A program made the translations under genes and the position numbers. The notes below the pieces were generated by a model. That model saw only the letters and a list, made by a program, of their open reading frames with translations. It was not told the DNA's origin and made no database searches. DNA of 64,000 bases from Planctomycetota bacterium (GTDB taxonomy: Bacteria; Planctomycetota; UBA1135; UBA2386). Positions 9,534 to 19,933 of the stretch are shown here, in pieces. Position 1 is the first letter of the stretch. Every line of letters begins with the position of its first letter. The stretch covers positions 3,355 through 67,354 of the forward strand of contig JBEGVB010000024.1 in the NCBI GenBank assembly GCA_041178545.1, in the 5' to 3' direction.

Positions 9534-11612
9534 ATGCACGCACGCATCGCCCTGCTGTCGCTGCTGTCCGCAGCGTCCCTGCTCGCCCAGTCCCCTGCCA
9601 GCCTCACCGTGCCCGTCGGGCTCGCGGCCACCGAGGGCAACAGCAACAACACCTACCCGTGGGGCCGTGGCACCGCAGGTGGGATCCGGATCCAGAACCT
9701 CTACGACAGCAGCCACTTCACCAACCAGGCGGTGAACAGCCCGATCCTCGTCACTCGCCTCAAGTGGCGCGCCAACGGCACCACGACATCGTGGGGCGGC
9801 GGCACCTACAGCAACGTCACGGTGCAGATGTCGACGGCAGCAGTCGACCAGGCCAGCCCCAGCACCACGTTTGCCGCCAACCATGGTCCCGACCTGCTCA
9901 CGGTGCACTCCGGCAACGTGGCATTCCTCGCGGGCACCGGCGCAGGGACTGCGGTCCCCGGCCCCACGGTCGTCGACCTGCCGCTCGCAGCCCCGTTCCT
10001 CTACAACCCGGCCACGGGCAGCGACCTCGTCGTCGACGTGGACTTCGCCAGCGGGTCGTTCACCGGGAGCGGCGTCACCGCCATCGACGTGAGCACGACC
10101 ACCCCGCTGGCGAGCCGCGTCTACAACACGGTCAACACCTCGCCCACGGGAATCATCACCATCAACCACGGCATGGTGATGGAGGTGGAGTACACGCTGG
10201 CGAACGGTCTCTATGCCGCGTTCAGCACGTCCGCAACGCGCGGTGCGAGCCCACTCACGGTGCAGTTCACCGACCGCAGCTTCTCCTCCGCACCAGGCGG
10301 CGTGGTCGCATGGTCGTGGGACCTCAACGGCGACGGCACCGTCGACAGCACGGCGCAGAACCCGAGCTTCGTGTACGGCAGTTGCGGCACGTGGAACGTG
10401 AGCCTCACGGTGCTCGATGCCGCGAATCCATCGTCCACACTCACCCGCACGGGACTGGTGGTGACCGACGAGGTCACGCCCTCGTTCACCACGGCACTGC
10501 TGGCGCCCGCCGGTGTGGTGCAGTTCACCGACACGTCGACACCCACGCCCACCAGCTGGGCATGGGACCTCAACGGCGACGGGGTGACGGACAGCACCGC
10601 ACAGAACCCCATCTGGGTCTACGGCTCGGTGTGCGGCAACCCGGTCACGGTGGGACTCGTCGTCAACCGCCTCTGTCGCGGCCCCTACACGACCAGCAGG
10701 TCCTTCGTGCCGGGCAACAGCCTCGCCACGGTGACGGACGGCAACACCTCCACGAGCACGGGCGCAGGCGGCTACTTTGACCTCAACGTCACCAACCCGA
10801 ACGGCATCTCGGTCTGCAGGATGACCGCCAAGACCACGGCTGCAGCCAATGCGGCCCTCACCTTCGTGGTGTCGGCGATCCCGGGCACCTACGTCGGCCA
10901 GGAACGCAACCTCGCGGCCTGGCGCACCGTCGCCACGGTGGCGAGCACGGGTGCGGCGACCGCGACGGAACTGGAGGTGCTCACCTTCAACCCGCCGCTC
11001 TACCTGCCGCCGGGCACCTGGGGCCTGCACGTGGCCACGGCCACGGCAAGCGCCCAGTACACGACCATCACGGCTTCCCAGACCTTCACCCACCCCGACG
11101 TGGCGCTGACCGCGGGGTCCGTGGGGATCCTCGGCAGCACCCCCATCGCCAACCGCCTCTGGAACGGTTCGCTCACCTTCAGCTCCTGCGACAACTCGGG
11201 CACGGCAGGCCACGGTTACCTCGGCCTCGGCTGCGCCGGCACCCTGGCCACGAGCCGCCAGGTGGCCACTGCACTGCCGCGGATCGGCAACTCAATGTCC
11301 GTCGACTTCGACAACCTGCCGCTGAGCACGGCGATCCTGTCTGTCGGATTGAGCACCACGAACTCGCCACTGGGCCCGCTGCCGCTCGACCTCGGCGGCC
11401 TCGGCGCACCGGGGTGCCAGCTGCGCGTGAGCCCGGACGTGACTGCAGTGCTCGTCGGCGGGGCCAACCGTGCGACCTGGTCACTCGCCATCCCCAGCAG
11501 CACGGCGCTCCAGTGCGTGCGCTTCCACTCGCAAGCCCTGGTGCTGGACCCGACCGCCAACCTGCTGGGCGCCGTGGTGAGCGACGCCGCCTCGTCGGTG
11601 ATCGGCCTCTAG
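9534..11612 (+). CDS. Secreted protein with two PKD domains and a conserved C-terminal domain
   Basis: Signal peptide MHARIALLSLLSAASLLAQ; two VQFTD...W.WDLNGDG..DSTAQNP PKD repeats. Confidence 0.85.
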   Translation: MHARIALLSLLSAASLLAQSPASLTVPVGLAATEGNSNNTYPWGRGTAGGIRIQNLYDSSHFTNQAVNSPILVTRLKWRANGTTTSWGGGTYSNVTVQMSTAAVDQASPSTTFAANHGPDLLTVHSGNVAFLAGTGAGTAVPGPTVVDLPLAAPFLYNPATGSDLVVDVDFASGSFTGSGVTAIDVSTTTPLASRVYNTVNTSPTGIITINHGMVMEVEYTLANGLYAAFSTSATRGASPLTVQFTDRSFSSAPGGVVAWSWDLNGDGTVDSTAQNPSFVYGSCGTWNVSLTVLDAANPSSTLTRTGLVVTDEVTPSFTTALLAPAGVVQFTDTSTPTPTSWAWDLNGDGVTDSTAQNPIWVYGSVCGNPVTVGLVVNRLCRGPYTTSRSFVPGNSLATVTDGNTSTSTGAGGYFDLNVTNPNGISVCRMTAKTTAAANAALTFVVSAIPGTYVGQERNLAAWRTVATVASTGAATATELEVLTFNPPLYLPPGTWGLHVATATASAQYTTITASQTFTHPDVALTAGSVGILGSTPIANRLWNGSLTFSSCDNSGTAGHGYLGLGCAGTLATSRQVATALPRIGNSMSVDFDNLPLSTAILSVGLSTTNSPLGPLPLDLGGLGAPGCQLRVSPDVTAVLVGGANRATWSLAIPSSTALQCVRFHSQALVLDPTANLLGAVVSDAASSVIGL

Positions 11613-11926
11613 CCCGGCGCGCGGGCGCCGTGCGCGTGGGCAAGCCGGTCGACATGGCGCGCGAGCTCCACGTCGAAGCCGGTGACGCCGCCGCGGTCAT
11701 GGGTCGTGAGTCGGATCGAGACACGGTTCCACGAGTTGGACCAGTCGGGGTGGTGGTCCAGTTCCTCCGCCACCGCGGCAACCGCAGTCATGAAGGCAAA
11801 GGCTGCGCAGAAGTCGTCGAACCGGAGGTCGCGCGCGAGCGACGTGCCGTCGGGACAACTCCAGTGCGGGAGACTCGCGAGGACATGCTCGAGGTCTGCG
11901 GGACCGAGGACGGTGCGGGACGGCAT
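11609..11926 (-). CDS. phhB: Pterin-4-alpha-carbinolamine dehydratase
   Basis: [34 protein letters not shown] signature. Confidence 0.9.
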   Translation of the reverse strand: MPSRTVLGPADLEHVLASLPHWSCPDGTSLARDLRFDDFCAAFAFMTAVAAVAEELDHHPDWSNSWNRVSIRLTTHDRGGVTGFDVELARHVDRLAHAHGARAPG

Positions 11927-11988
11927 GGCGTGACGATAGCCCGCACTGGGAGCGTGCCTGCGCAGATCCTTCCGCTACCATCCGGCGC

Positions 11989-12828
11989 ATGCCCGCAGAC
12001 CGTCCCGTCACCCGCACCGTGCACGTCGGCAGCGCCGCCTTCGGCGGCGGCAACCCCTTTGCACTGATCGCCGGCCCGTGCGTGATCGAGAGCCGCGAGC
12101 ACTGCCTCCGCCATGCCGAGGCGCTTGCGAAGCTGTGCCGAGACCGCCGCATCCCGCTGGTCTTCAAGTGCTCCTACGACAAGGCCAACCGCACCAGCGG
12201 CGCGGCCTTCCGCGGTCTCGGCGTCGAGGGCGGCCTCGCGATCCTCGCCGAGGTGAAGCGCGAGCTCGGCCTGCCTGTGCTCACCGACGTGCACGAGAGC
12301 ACGCAGTGCGCTGAGGTCGGAAAGGTCGTCGACTGCCTGCAGATCCCAGCCTTCCTCTGCCGCCAGACCGACCTGCTGCTGGCTGCAGCCGCGACCGGCA
12401 AGGTCGTCAACGTGAAGAAGGGACAGTTCCTCGCCCCCGAGGACGTGGGCAACGTGCTGTCCAAGGTGCGCGATGCCGGCAACCCCAACGTGATGGTCAC
12501 CGAGCGCGGCGCCAGCTTCGGCTACCGCACGCTGGTGGTGGACTTCGCCGGGTTCCCGACCATGCGCGCCTTCGGCCAGCCCCTGGTGTTCGACGCCACC
12601 CACTCGGTGCAGCGCCCCGGCGGTGAGGGCAAGTCGACGGGCGGCGACCGCACCAAGGTGCCCTACCTCGCGCGCGCTGCCGTGGCCTGCGGGGTGGACG
12701 GCCTCTTCATGGAGGTCCACGAGGACCCCGACCGCGCACCCAGCGACGGGCCCAACATGCTGCGCCTCGACTCGGTGGGCGCGCTGCTGGACGAACTGCT
12801 GCGGGTGCAGGACGCCGTGCGCGCCTGA
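11989..12828 (+). CDS. kdsA: 3-deoxy-8-phosphooctulonate (KDO8P) synthase
   Basis: [54 protein letters not shown]. Confidence 0.95.
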   Translation: MPADRPVTRTVHVGSAAFGGGNPFALIAGPCVIESREHCLRHAEALAKLCRDRRIPLVFKCSYDKANRTSGAAFRGLGVEGGLAILAEVKRELGLPVLTDVHESTQCAEVGKVVDCLQIPAFLCRQTDLLLAAAATGKVVNVKKGQFLAPEDVGNVLSKVRDAGNPNVMVTERGASFGYRTLVVDFAGFPTMRAFGQPLVFDATHSVQRPGGEGKSTGGDRTKVPYLARAAVACGVDGLFMEVHEDPDRAPSDGPNMLRLDSVGALLDELLRVQDAVRA

Positions 12829-12870
12829 GCGCGCACGACGGTGGTCACGGCATCCCGGTCGCCTGCGGGC

Positions 12871-14451
12871 TCAGTTCGGGTTGAGCAGCAGGTCGAGGCC
12901 GTTGGAGGTCACCACCCCCAGCGGGTTGACCGACGGCGTCAGCGCCAGCGACTGGGCGAACACGCGCACGCCCGCCAAGCCCGGGTTGTTGGGGATGGCG
13001 AACGGGATCGTGCCGGTGTTCCCGGAAGGCAGGAAGACGGCCGAGGCCGACACCCCCACGTGCTGGTAGCAGCCGGGCGCGCCCAGCGGGGCCAGGTCGA
13101 AGCCCGGGACGATGGAGCCGAAGCCGAGGCCGAGGATGCCCAGCACCGAGGTGGTCGGCACGTTGGTGGTGATCCAGTTGATCGAGGTCCCGATGCGGGG
13201 GCGTGCCGAGGTCGCAAGCACCAGCGGACGCGCGTCCTGCTGCGTGACGAAGGGCACCGAGGTGGAGAGGTCGCGGGAGCCGGGATTGCGGTTGCCGGCG
13301 CCGGCACTCCAGCCCGTGAGCACCGTGTGGGTCACGTTGACGCAAGACTGGTAGCGGAACTCGACGGCACCCGAGGCGAAGAAGGCCACCTGGAACGTGT
13401 TGGTGTTGGTCTGGCCGAACTCGGGCACGCCGAGCCAGGTCACGTACGCGGCGGTGTTGGAGGGATCGACGTCGAAGTGCACCGTCCCGCCCACGCCGGG
13501 GTTGAGGTCCTGCCACAGCGGACAGAAGCGCTCGCCCTGCGCCAGCAGCGCCACCGGGTCGCCATTGCAGCACCCGTTGGCACCGTTGGCGCCCGTCCAG
13601 ATGAAGCCGTTGGAGCTGACCACCAGGGCGCTCGTGATGCCGGCCGGCGTGATGAGCGGGAAGGGCAGTGCGAGCGAGGGCGACACGGTGTCGTCGGTCA
13701 GGCCGAGGTTTGCGGAGGTGGGCGTGAACCACGTGCCGGAGCCGGGCAGGACCGCGTAGCCGCCTGCACCGGTGGGGTTCAGCAGCAGGCTGTTGGAGCC
13801 GGGTGCGGTCCCGCTGAGGTCGAAGGTGCCGGGTGCAAACGTCTCGTAGAACGTGGAGGTCTGGTCGAGGCAGCCCGCACCGAAGGCACCAACCTGTGCG
13901 ATGTTGCCGCCGGCAGTGGTGTAGTAGACCTCGACCCGGCCGATCGAGCCGCCGGCCTCGGTGGAGAGCGGCTGGTTGCCACCCGTGGTGCTGAGGTTGG
14001 TCTGCGTCAGCATGCGGGTGAGGGTCACCGGGATGCCGAGCACGTCGCTCTGGAACGTCCCGGCTGCTGCATAGGAGTTTGCCATCGTCGCGTTGCCGCA
14101 GGCACCGAGGACACCCACCCACTCGTTTGCCTGCACCGGCACCACACAGGGGATGATCTGGTTCGAGGGGACGTTGCTGGCGAAGAAGGACTGCGTGACC
14201 GAGGTGGTGGCCGGATAGGCAGGCGGCATCGCAGGGTGCAGGGTCAGTTCGACACACTGCACGCCCTGCGCGGACTCGTCGGGGACGCGCAACCCGATGA
14301 TGGTGATGGCCGCCGGGGACTGGAAGCAGAACCCTCGGGTCAGCGTGGGCGACGAGAAGGTGCTGGAGAATGCCGGGATCGGCAGTTGCGTGCCCTGGGC
14401 AGCGACACTGCCTGCGAGCGAGAGGAGAACGAGAGCCGGGAAGTGACGCAT
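12871..14451 (-). CDS. Secreted hypothetical protein (nidogen/NIDO-like central region) with conserved C-terminal domain
   Basis: Signal peptide MRHFPALVLLSLAGSVAAQ with GGAGG upstream; SSNGFI..., PLWQDL, NTFQVAF motifs. Confidence 0.7.
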   Translation of the reverse strand: MRHFPALVLLSLAGSVAAQGTQLPIPAFSSTFSSPTLTRGFCFQSPAAITIIGLRVPDESAQGVQCVELTLHPAMPPAYPATTSVTQSFFASNVPSNQIIPCVVPVQANEWVGVLGACGNATMANSYAAAGTFQSDVLGIPVTLTRMLTQTNLSTTGGNQPLSTEAGGSIGRVEVYYTTAGGNIAQVGAFGAGCLDQTSTFYETFAPGTFDLSGTAPGSNSLLLNPTGAGGYAVLPGSGTWFTPTSANLGLTDDTVSPSLALPFPLITPAGITSALVVSSNGFIWTGANGANGCCNGDPVALLAQGERFCPLWQDLNPGVGGTVHFDVDPSNTAAYVTWLGVPEFGQTNTNTFQVAFFASGAVEFRYQSCVNVTHTVLTGWSAGAGNRNPGSRDLSTSVPFVTQQDARPLVLATSARPRIGTSINWITTNVPTTSVLGILGLGFGSIVPGFDLAPLGAPGCYQHVGVSASAVFLPSGNTGTIPFAIPNNPGLAGVRVFAQSLALTPSVNPLGVVTSNGLDLLLNPN

Positions 14452-14562
14452 GGAACCCTCCTGTGGGTTGGTCCCGCGAACGAGGACGCGGGACTGCTCT
14501 TTGTACCGCTTCCGGCCGAGGTGCGCATTGCGTCGTGCAAGAAGGCTGCATAAGACGCGCCC

Positions 14563-15726
14563 ATGAGCGCGCCCCGACTCGTCGACGCCCCTTCCTTGCC
14601 GACCTACGACCTCGGCCAGGACCACGTGTTTGCGCGCGACCGACAGAGGCCCCTGTTCGACCTGATGGTCGCAAGTCACCTGGTCCAGCCCGGCGACTTC
14701 CTGCCGGTGGTCGCGGCAACCGAGGACGAACTCGCCCTGGTCCACGAGCGTGCCTACATCGCCATGCTGGAGGCCACGTCACAGCCGCACGTGGACCGCG
14801 AGACCCTGCGGCGCGCGCCGCTCTACGGTCTCGGGACGGCCGACAACCCCATCGCCCCCGGTCAGCATGCCGCAGCGGCTGCCGCAGTCGGTGCGACGCT
14901 CGCGTGCACGCGCGCGGTGATGGACGGCAGGGCGCGGGCAGCCTTCAACAGCGCTGGCGGCCTGCACCACGCCATGCCGCACGGAGCCGCCGGGTTCTGC
15001 CTCTACAACGACCTCGCGATCGCCATCGCCGACGCGCGCAGGCGCGGCGCCGCACGGGTCCTGTACGTGGACTTCGACGTGCACCACGGCGACGGCGTGG
15101 AGTACGCGTTCCGCGCCGACCCGACCGTGCTCACCATCAGCTTCCACGAGACGCCGGAGGTGCGCTTCCCGTTCACGGGCACGGTCGAGGACCGCGGCGA
15201 GGGACCGGGACACGGCTATGCAGTCAACGTCCCGCTGCACCCGGCCACCGACGACGCCAGCTGGCTCGAGGCCGTCGAACGCGTGCTGGTGCCGGCCGCC
15301 CGGGCATTCGCACCCGACCTCGTCGTGAGCCAGCACGGGTGCGACACGCACCGCGAGGACCCGCTTGCCACGATGGAGTGCACGACGCAGTCGATGCACC
15401 GGGCAGCAGGGATCACGCGCGACCTCGCGCGCGACGTGTGCCAGGGTCGCTGGGTCGCGACCGGCGGTGGCGGCTACCAGCCCTACCGGGTCATCCCACG
15501 CGCATGGTCGATGGTGTGGAGCGTGATGAGCGGCAGGCCGCTGCCGCCGCGCATCGACCTCGGCTGGCAGGAACGCTGGGAGCGAGCGGCCCACGGCGAG
15601 CTGCCCACGGAATGGTACGACCACGAGGAACATGCCGCGCGGCACGAGCACGCAGCGGCAACGAACCGCCACGTGGTGGACCAGGTGCTGGCCGGCATCC
15701 CGTGGCTGCGGGGCAGCGGCCGCTAG
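14563..15726 (+). CDS. acuC: Acetoin utilization protein AcuC / histone deacetylase family lysine deacetylase
   Basis: GGLHHA, GFCLYND, YVDFDVHHGDGV, QHGCDTH, GGGGY. Confidence 0.85.
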   Translation: MSAPRLVDAPSLPTYDLGQDHVFARDRQRPLFDLMVASHLVQPGDFLPVVAATEDELALVHERAYIAMLEATSQPHVDRETLRRAPLYGLGTADNPIAPGQHAAAAAAVGATLACTRAVMDGRARAAFNSAGGLHHAMPHGAAGFCLYNDLAIAIADARRRGAARVLYVDFDVHHGDGVEYAFRADPTVLTISFHETPEVRFPFTGTVEDRGEGPGHGYAVNVPLHPATDDASWLEAVERVLVPAARAFAPDLVVSQHGCDTHREDPLATMECTTQSMHRAAGITRDLARDVCQGRWVATGGGGYQPYRVIPRAWSMVWSVMSGRPLPPRIDLGWQERWERAAHGELPTEWYDHEEHAARHEHAAATNRHVVDQVLAGIPWLRGSGR

Positions 15727-15729
15727 CCG

Positions 15730-16974
15730 TCAGCCCAACAACCCGCCGAGCGGCGCTGGCGCGTCGGCACCGAGCACGGCCGCCGCGTCGACGCCTGCCC
15801 ACGCGAGCAACGCACCGTACACCGAGCGGAAGTCGGTCGTGGGCCGCACGTCGCCGTCGTCCAGGTCTGTGAGGTCCGGCGGCGTGCCGTGCGGGCCAGG
15901 CAGCACCCCACCACCCAGAACGAACACGGGCGCCGCGGCGCCGTGGTCGGTGCCCTGGCTCTGGTTCTCCGCCGTCCTGCGCCCGAACTCGGAGTGCACC
16001 AGCACGGCCGTGGTGTCGAGCGCCTTCGCGGCAGCGAGGTCGGCAACGAAGGCACCGAGGGCACCGTCCAGCTGTGCCATGAGGGCTGCGTGCGCGGGCA
16101 GCTGCCGCGCATGCGTGTCGAAGCCGCCGAGCGACACGTGGAAGAACCGCGTGCCGAATCCTGCACCCACCACCTGGGCCACCAGCTGGAGCTCACGACC
16201 CAGCTTGGTCTGCGGGTACTCGACAGCCGGTCGGTAGGAGGCGAGCGAACGGCGCAGCTGTTCGCCGAGTCCCGCAGCCCGGGCTGCCATGTCGCCCACC
16301 CACCCTGCCGCGTCGCCCGAGCCGCCGCCGAGCACCGGGGCCAACGCGTCGCGTCCTGCCTGCGTGCGCTCCACCGGCTGCAGCTGGAAGTCCTCGATGC
16401 GCTCCAGCGACGGCACGAGGGCCGAGCGGGCACGGAGCGCGAGCGGCACCTGCAGGCTGCCCACGGCAAGCGCGGGCACCGAGCTGCCGCCGGCGGCGAG
16501 CTGGTCGGCAGCACGACCCAGCCACCCCGTGGTGGAGGCACCCACGCGCTGCAGCCGGGGATCGGCGGCATGCCAGATGTCGCGGCTGCGGAAGTGGGAG
16601 CGGTCGGGGTCGGGGTAACCAACCGAGTGCACCAGGGCGGCACGCTGCTCGCCGTGCAGGCGGTGCAGGCGGTGCAGCGACTTGAGCGCCCCGTGGAGCG
16701 CGAAACCGTCGGCCACGGGCAGCGACCCCTTGCGCACCGCGCCCAGCCGCGGCCGCAACCGCGCGTACACCGGGTCCTCGGTGGGCACCACGGTGTTGAG
16801 CCCGTCGTTGCCGCCCTCCAGCTCCAGCACGACGAGGCAACGCACAGGCCCGTCCGGGACCCAGGCGCGCAAGCCATGAGGGGCCAGCGACGCGAGCGGC
16901 AACATGGCACCAAGCGAGAGCACCTCGCGGCGCGTGAGGGATGCAGGTCGTGCAGGGTCCATGGGAAGGTTCAC
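15730..16974 (-). CDS. DUF1501 family protein
   Basis: TRREVL twin-arginine-like leader; LEGGNDGLNTVVP, RSHFRS, GGFDTH, SEFGRR, GTDHG. GTG start overlaps the DUF1800 stop (alternative ATG at 16962). Confidence 0.9.
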   Translation of the reverse strand: MNLPMDPARPASLTRREVLSLGAMLPLASLAPHGLRAWVPDGPVRCLVVLELEGGNDGLNTVVPTEDPVYARLRPRLGAVRKGSLPVADGFALHGALKSLHRLHRLHGEQRAALVHSVGYPDPDRSHFRSRDIWHAADPRLQRVGASTTGWLGRAADQLAAGGSSVPALAVGSLQVPLALRARSALVPSLERIEDFQLQPVERTQAGRDALAPVLGGGSGDAAGWVGDMAARAAGLGEQLRRSLASYRPAVEYPQTKLGRELQLVAQVVGAGFGTRFFHVSLGGFDTHARQLPAHAALMAQLDGALGAFVADLAAAKALDTTAVLVHSEFGRRTAENQSQGTDHGAAAPVFVLGGGVLPGPHGTPPDLTDLDDGDVRPTTDFRSVYGALLAWAGVDAAAVLGADAPAPLGGLLG

Positions 16975-18284
16975 AGCAGTTGTGCCTCCGGCAGGCAGCA
17001 GGCAGCGTGCAGCAGGACCGCGGCGCCGTCCGGCCCCGCGGCCGCGGGCCCGGCGGCAAGGCGTTCGAGGGCCTGCCTTCCATCCTCGCTCGCGTCCCCG
17101 TCGACCACCATCAGCAGTGCGGCCTTGGCGCGGTCTGCAGGACGCTTGAGGTTGCCGAACAGGGACTCTGCAGCGGGCGCGAACTTGCCGCGGCGGCCCG
17201 CGAGCAGGTCGGCGACGAAGTTGGTGCGCAGCAGCCACGTCGCCTCCGTGAGCCACTGCCGCTCGCGCGGCCAGCCCTCGACGGAAGGCGGTTCGAGCCA
17301 CAGCTCGCCGAGCTGGCCCATGGCGCGGGACAGGTCGGTGGGCGCTGCCGTGGCACCGAGCGTGCGGACGGTGCCCACCACCCAGTCAGCGGGAGAGCGG
17401 ATGCGCGACCGGTACGCGCGCGCCGAGAAGAACAGCTGGCTGCGGAGCAGCACGGCAAGCGTGTCGCCAAGGTGCCGGCGCTGTTCCCGGTAGCAGGTGG
17501 CAAGCGCGCCGACCTCCTCCTCCGTGGGCTCCGGGTGCACGAAGCACTCCAGCAGGCAACGGGCCACGTGGCGCGCGGACTCCTCGCGCTCCACCACTGC
17601 GCGCACGACCTCCTCGCCGCCGAAGCCGCCCGACCGGCCGAACAAGACCTTCTGGCCGTCGTCGTGGAGGCGCTTGGCGAAGAAGAACCTGCCGTCGCGC
17701 ACGTGCCAGCCGGTGAAGGCTCGCGCTGCCTCGCGCACGTCGACCTCGCTGTAGGTACCGCGACCGAGCGCGAACAGCTCGAACAGCTCGCGGGCGAAGT
17801 TCTCGTTGGGCCTGCCCGAGACGTTCACGTCGTTGTCGAGCCACCGGAGCATCGCAGGGTCCTGCGCCACACCCAGCAAGAGCTCGTCGAAGGTGCCAAG
17901 CCCCTTCTCGTCGAACATCGCCTGCTGCAGGGCCATGGCGCGCGGGTCGAGCACCTTCTGGTTGGAGGTGGCGAAGTGGTCGTGCCAGAGAGCCGACATG
18001 CGCACACGCAGCGGTGCCGTCGACTCCAGTGCCAGCAGCACGCGCCAGCTGCGCACGCGGTCGATGTCGCCGAGACTCACCACCGCGTCGAGCTGCGCCC
18101 GGTCGACAGCTGGCTGGTCCGCCGCTGGGAACAGCGACCGCACGGCGGCATCGACGCCGCTGCGCACCAGTTCGCGACGCTGGCGCAACGAGCCACCGAA
18201 GCCGGCGCGCCGCAGCAGGTGACCTGCCTTGCGCAGGTCGAACGGGTCCGCCGCGGACGGCACCCATGGCGCGAGCAGGCTCAC
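16971..18284 (-). CDS. DUF1800 family protein
   Basis: HLLRRAGFG, WHDHFATS, PAMLRWLD, PNENFARELFELFALG, PPSVEGW. GTGA overlap with the upstream gene. Confidence 0.9.
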   Translation of the reverse strand: MSLLAPWVPSAADPFDLRKAGHLLRRAGFGGSLRQRRELVRSGVDAAVRSLFPAADQPAVDRAQLDAVVSLGDIDRVRSWRVLLALESTAPLRVRMSALWHDHFATSNQKVLDPRAMALQQAMFDEKGLGTFDELLLGVAQDPAMLRWLDNDVNVSGRPNENFARELFELFALGRGTYSEVDVREAARAFTGWHVRDGRFFFAKRLHDDGQKVLFGRSGGFGGEEVVRAVVEREESARHVARCLLECFVHPEPTEEEVGALATCYREQRRHLGDTLAVLLRSQLFFSARAYRSRIRSPADWVVGTVRTLGATAAPTDLSRAMGQLGELWLEPPSVEGWPRERQWLTEATWLLRTNFVADLLAGRRGKFAPAAESLFGNLKRPADRAKAALLMVVDGDASEDGRQALERLAAGPAAAGPDGAAVLLHAACCLPEAQLL

Positions 18285-19873
18285 CTGGCCCTCCGCAGCG
18301 ACACCCATGCGTGCAGCGAACCGTCGCGGAGGCCGTAGCCCCAGCGCAGGCCGTCGAGTTCCTCGAGCAGCACCATCGCGGACCGCCAGAAGCGCTGGGC
18401 CGCCGCGGCGTCCTCGCCCTCGTCCAGTTGCCGCGCAAGGACCAGCGGTGCCAGGTTGCGTGCGACGCTTGCCGCGAGCGGCCTGCCCCGCACCACCATG
18501 CGGTCGCCTGCCACCTCCTCGGTGGGACCGCGGAGCGCAGCCAACGCGCGCAGCGCCGCGTCCTGCGTGGTGGCAACCGCCAGCACGCCGTCCTGCACGA
18601 GCACGGTCGGTTGGATCGCCGCCTCCAGCGGCGGCAGCCCGGGGCCGCGCCACTCGGTCATCGTCGAGGTGAAACCGCTGGCACCGCCCTCGGCAAGGCG
18701 CTCGATGCGGAACGGTTGCTGGTTGCGCTGGCCGCGCTCTGCGTTGCCGATGATCGTGACGAGGCCGAGCACCTGCTCGACGACGTCTGCGACCCTTGCG
18801 TCCTGCATGCGTGCGGCGAGTGCAATCCCCGGGAGCACGAACATCGGCTCCCCCGCGCTGGCTGCCGGCGTCTCGAACACCATCAGGTGCACAGGTTCCT
18901 CGAGCCTGCCGAGCAAGCCGTCGACGAAGGAGTTGGGGCCGTCCAGCAGGTCCGCAGTCGCGAGGAAGCCCGCGACGCCCGGGTCCTGCGCTGCAGCACG
19001 CGCGGGGCCACCGCCGAACAGGACGCGCAACGACCGGTCGAGGGACGCATAGAGCAGGCAGCCAGGCTCCAGCACCGGCACCTGCCGCGGCCCGAACCCG
19101 TGGACGAGCGTGGCGAGCGTCTCGGCGCCGGGCAGCGCCTCGAGCATGGCCTCGAGCCTGAGTTCGTCGCCGCCGTGCAACTCGACCCGGAGCGCATGCG
19201 CCGACCTTGCGGCAGCCACGAGCCCGGGGAACAGCAGCGCCGCACCAAAGCCCTCGGGCTGGTCGCGCTCGGCAGCGGCCTGCAGCGCACGGACCCGGTC
19301 GAGGTCGAACTCGATGCGGGCCACCGCCTCGGTGGCCGGACCAAGTTCAAACCGTCGTGCCCATGCGCCTGCCGCTTCCTTGTCGCCAAGGCTCGCGAGC
19401 CCGGCAGCAGAGTTGGCGAGCAACAGCTGCGGTCCCTCGCGCCGCCAGCGCAGCTGCGGCTTGGTGCGCACCCACTCGACGGCCGCGTCCACGTCCCCCG
19501 GCTGCGCCACCGCGACCACGGCAGGCACGGCACCGTCCAGGAGGACTCCGAGGGCCATGCCGCCCTTGCCCAGCCGCTCGGCCAGCTCTGCCGGCGTGCC
19601 ACCCAGGAGCCGTGGCAGTGCCAGCAGCCCGATGCCCAGCAAGGCGCGCTGTTCCTCGGGCAGGGCAGGCGGGATGTCGCCGAGCGCTGCGCCGATGCGG
19701 GCCACCGCCTGCACCGGGTCGGGCAGCCAAGCGACGGCAAGGCAGGCATCCGGGACGCGCGCGAGCGGCCCGGGGACGGGCATCGTCCCCGCCGTGCCCT
19801 GCGCCACGGGAGCCGCGGCGGGCGCGAGGGAGGAAACGACGGTCGCGAGCAGTCGGAGACGGGTGCGCAGCAT
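18281..19873 (-). CDS. Secreted hypothetical protein, first gene of the DUF1800/DUF1501 operon
   Basis: ORF from ATG 19873 with signal-like N-terminus; stop overlaps the DUF1800 start. Confidence 0.65.
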   Translation of the reverse strand: MLRTRLRLLATVVSSLAPAAAPVAQGTAGTMPVPGPLARVPDACLAVAWLPDPVQAVARIGAALGDIPPALPEEQRALLGIGLLALPRLLGGTPAELAERLGKGGMALGVLLDGAVPAVVAVAQPGDVDAAVEWVRTKPQLRWRREGPQLLLANSAAGLASLGDKEAAGAWARRFELGPATEAVARIEFDLDRVRALQAAAERDQPEGFGAALLFPGLVAAARSAHALRVELHGGDELRLEAMLEALPGAETLATLVHGFGPRQVPVLEPGCLLYASLDRSLRVLFGGGPARAAAQDPGVAGFLATADLLDGPNSFVDGLLGRLEEPVHLMVFETPAASAGEPMFVLPGIALAARMQDARVADVVEQVLGLVTIIGNAERGQRNQQPFRIERLAEGGASGFTSTMTEWRGPGLPPLEAAIQPTVLVQDGVLAVATTQDAALRALAALRGPTEEVAGDRMVVRGRPLAASVARNLAPLVLARQLDEGEDAAAAQRFWRSAMVLLEELDGLRWGYGLRDGSLHAWVSLRRAR

Positions 19874-19933
19874 GGACGTTGCGCAACAACGCTCCTGCGT
19901 TGCGCGCGGTCCCTGCCATACTATCCATCCCGC

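Noticed and set aside
10311-10609. Direct DNA repeat TGGGACCTCAACGGCGACGG...GACAGCAC.GC.CAGAACCC in two copies
   Set aside because: Explained by two tandem PKD domains within one CDS; not a CRISPR array or a DGR template/variable repeat (no reverse transcriptase, no A-specific mismatches).
9411-11213. N-terminal 600 aa of the tracked 1313-aa ORF 7272..11213 (similar extensions on 18281..22234, 18014..21052, 32124..34751, 49354..51090, 51475..53130)
   Set aside because: These extensions overlap genuine genes on other frames or strands; the true starts are downstream, so they are not giant fusion proteins.
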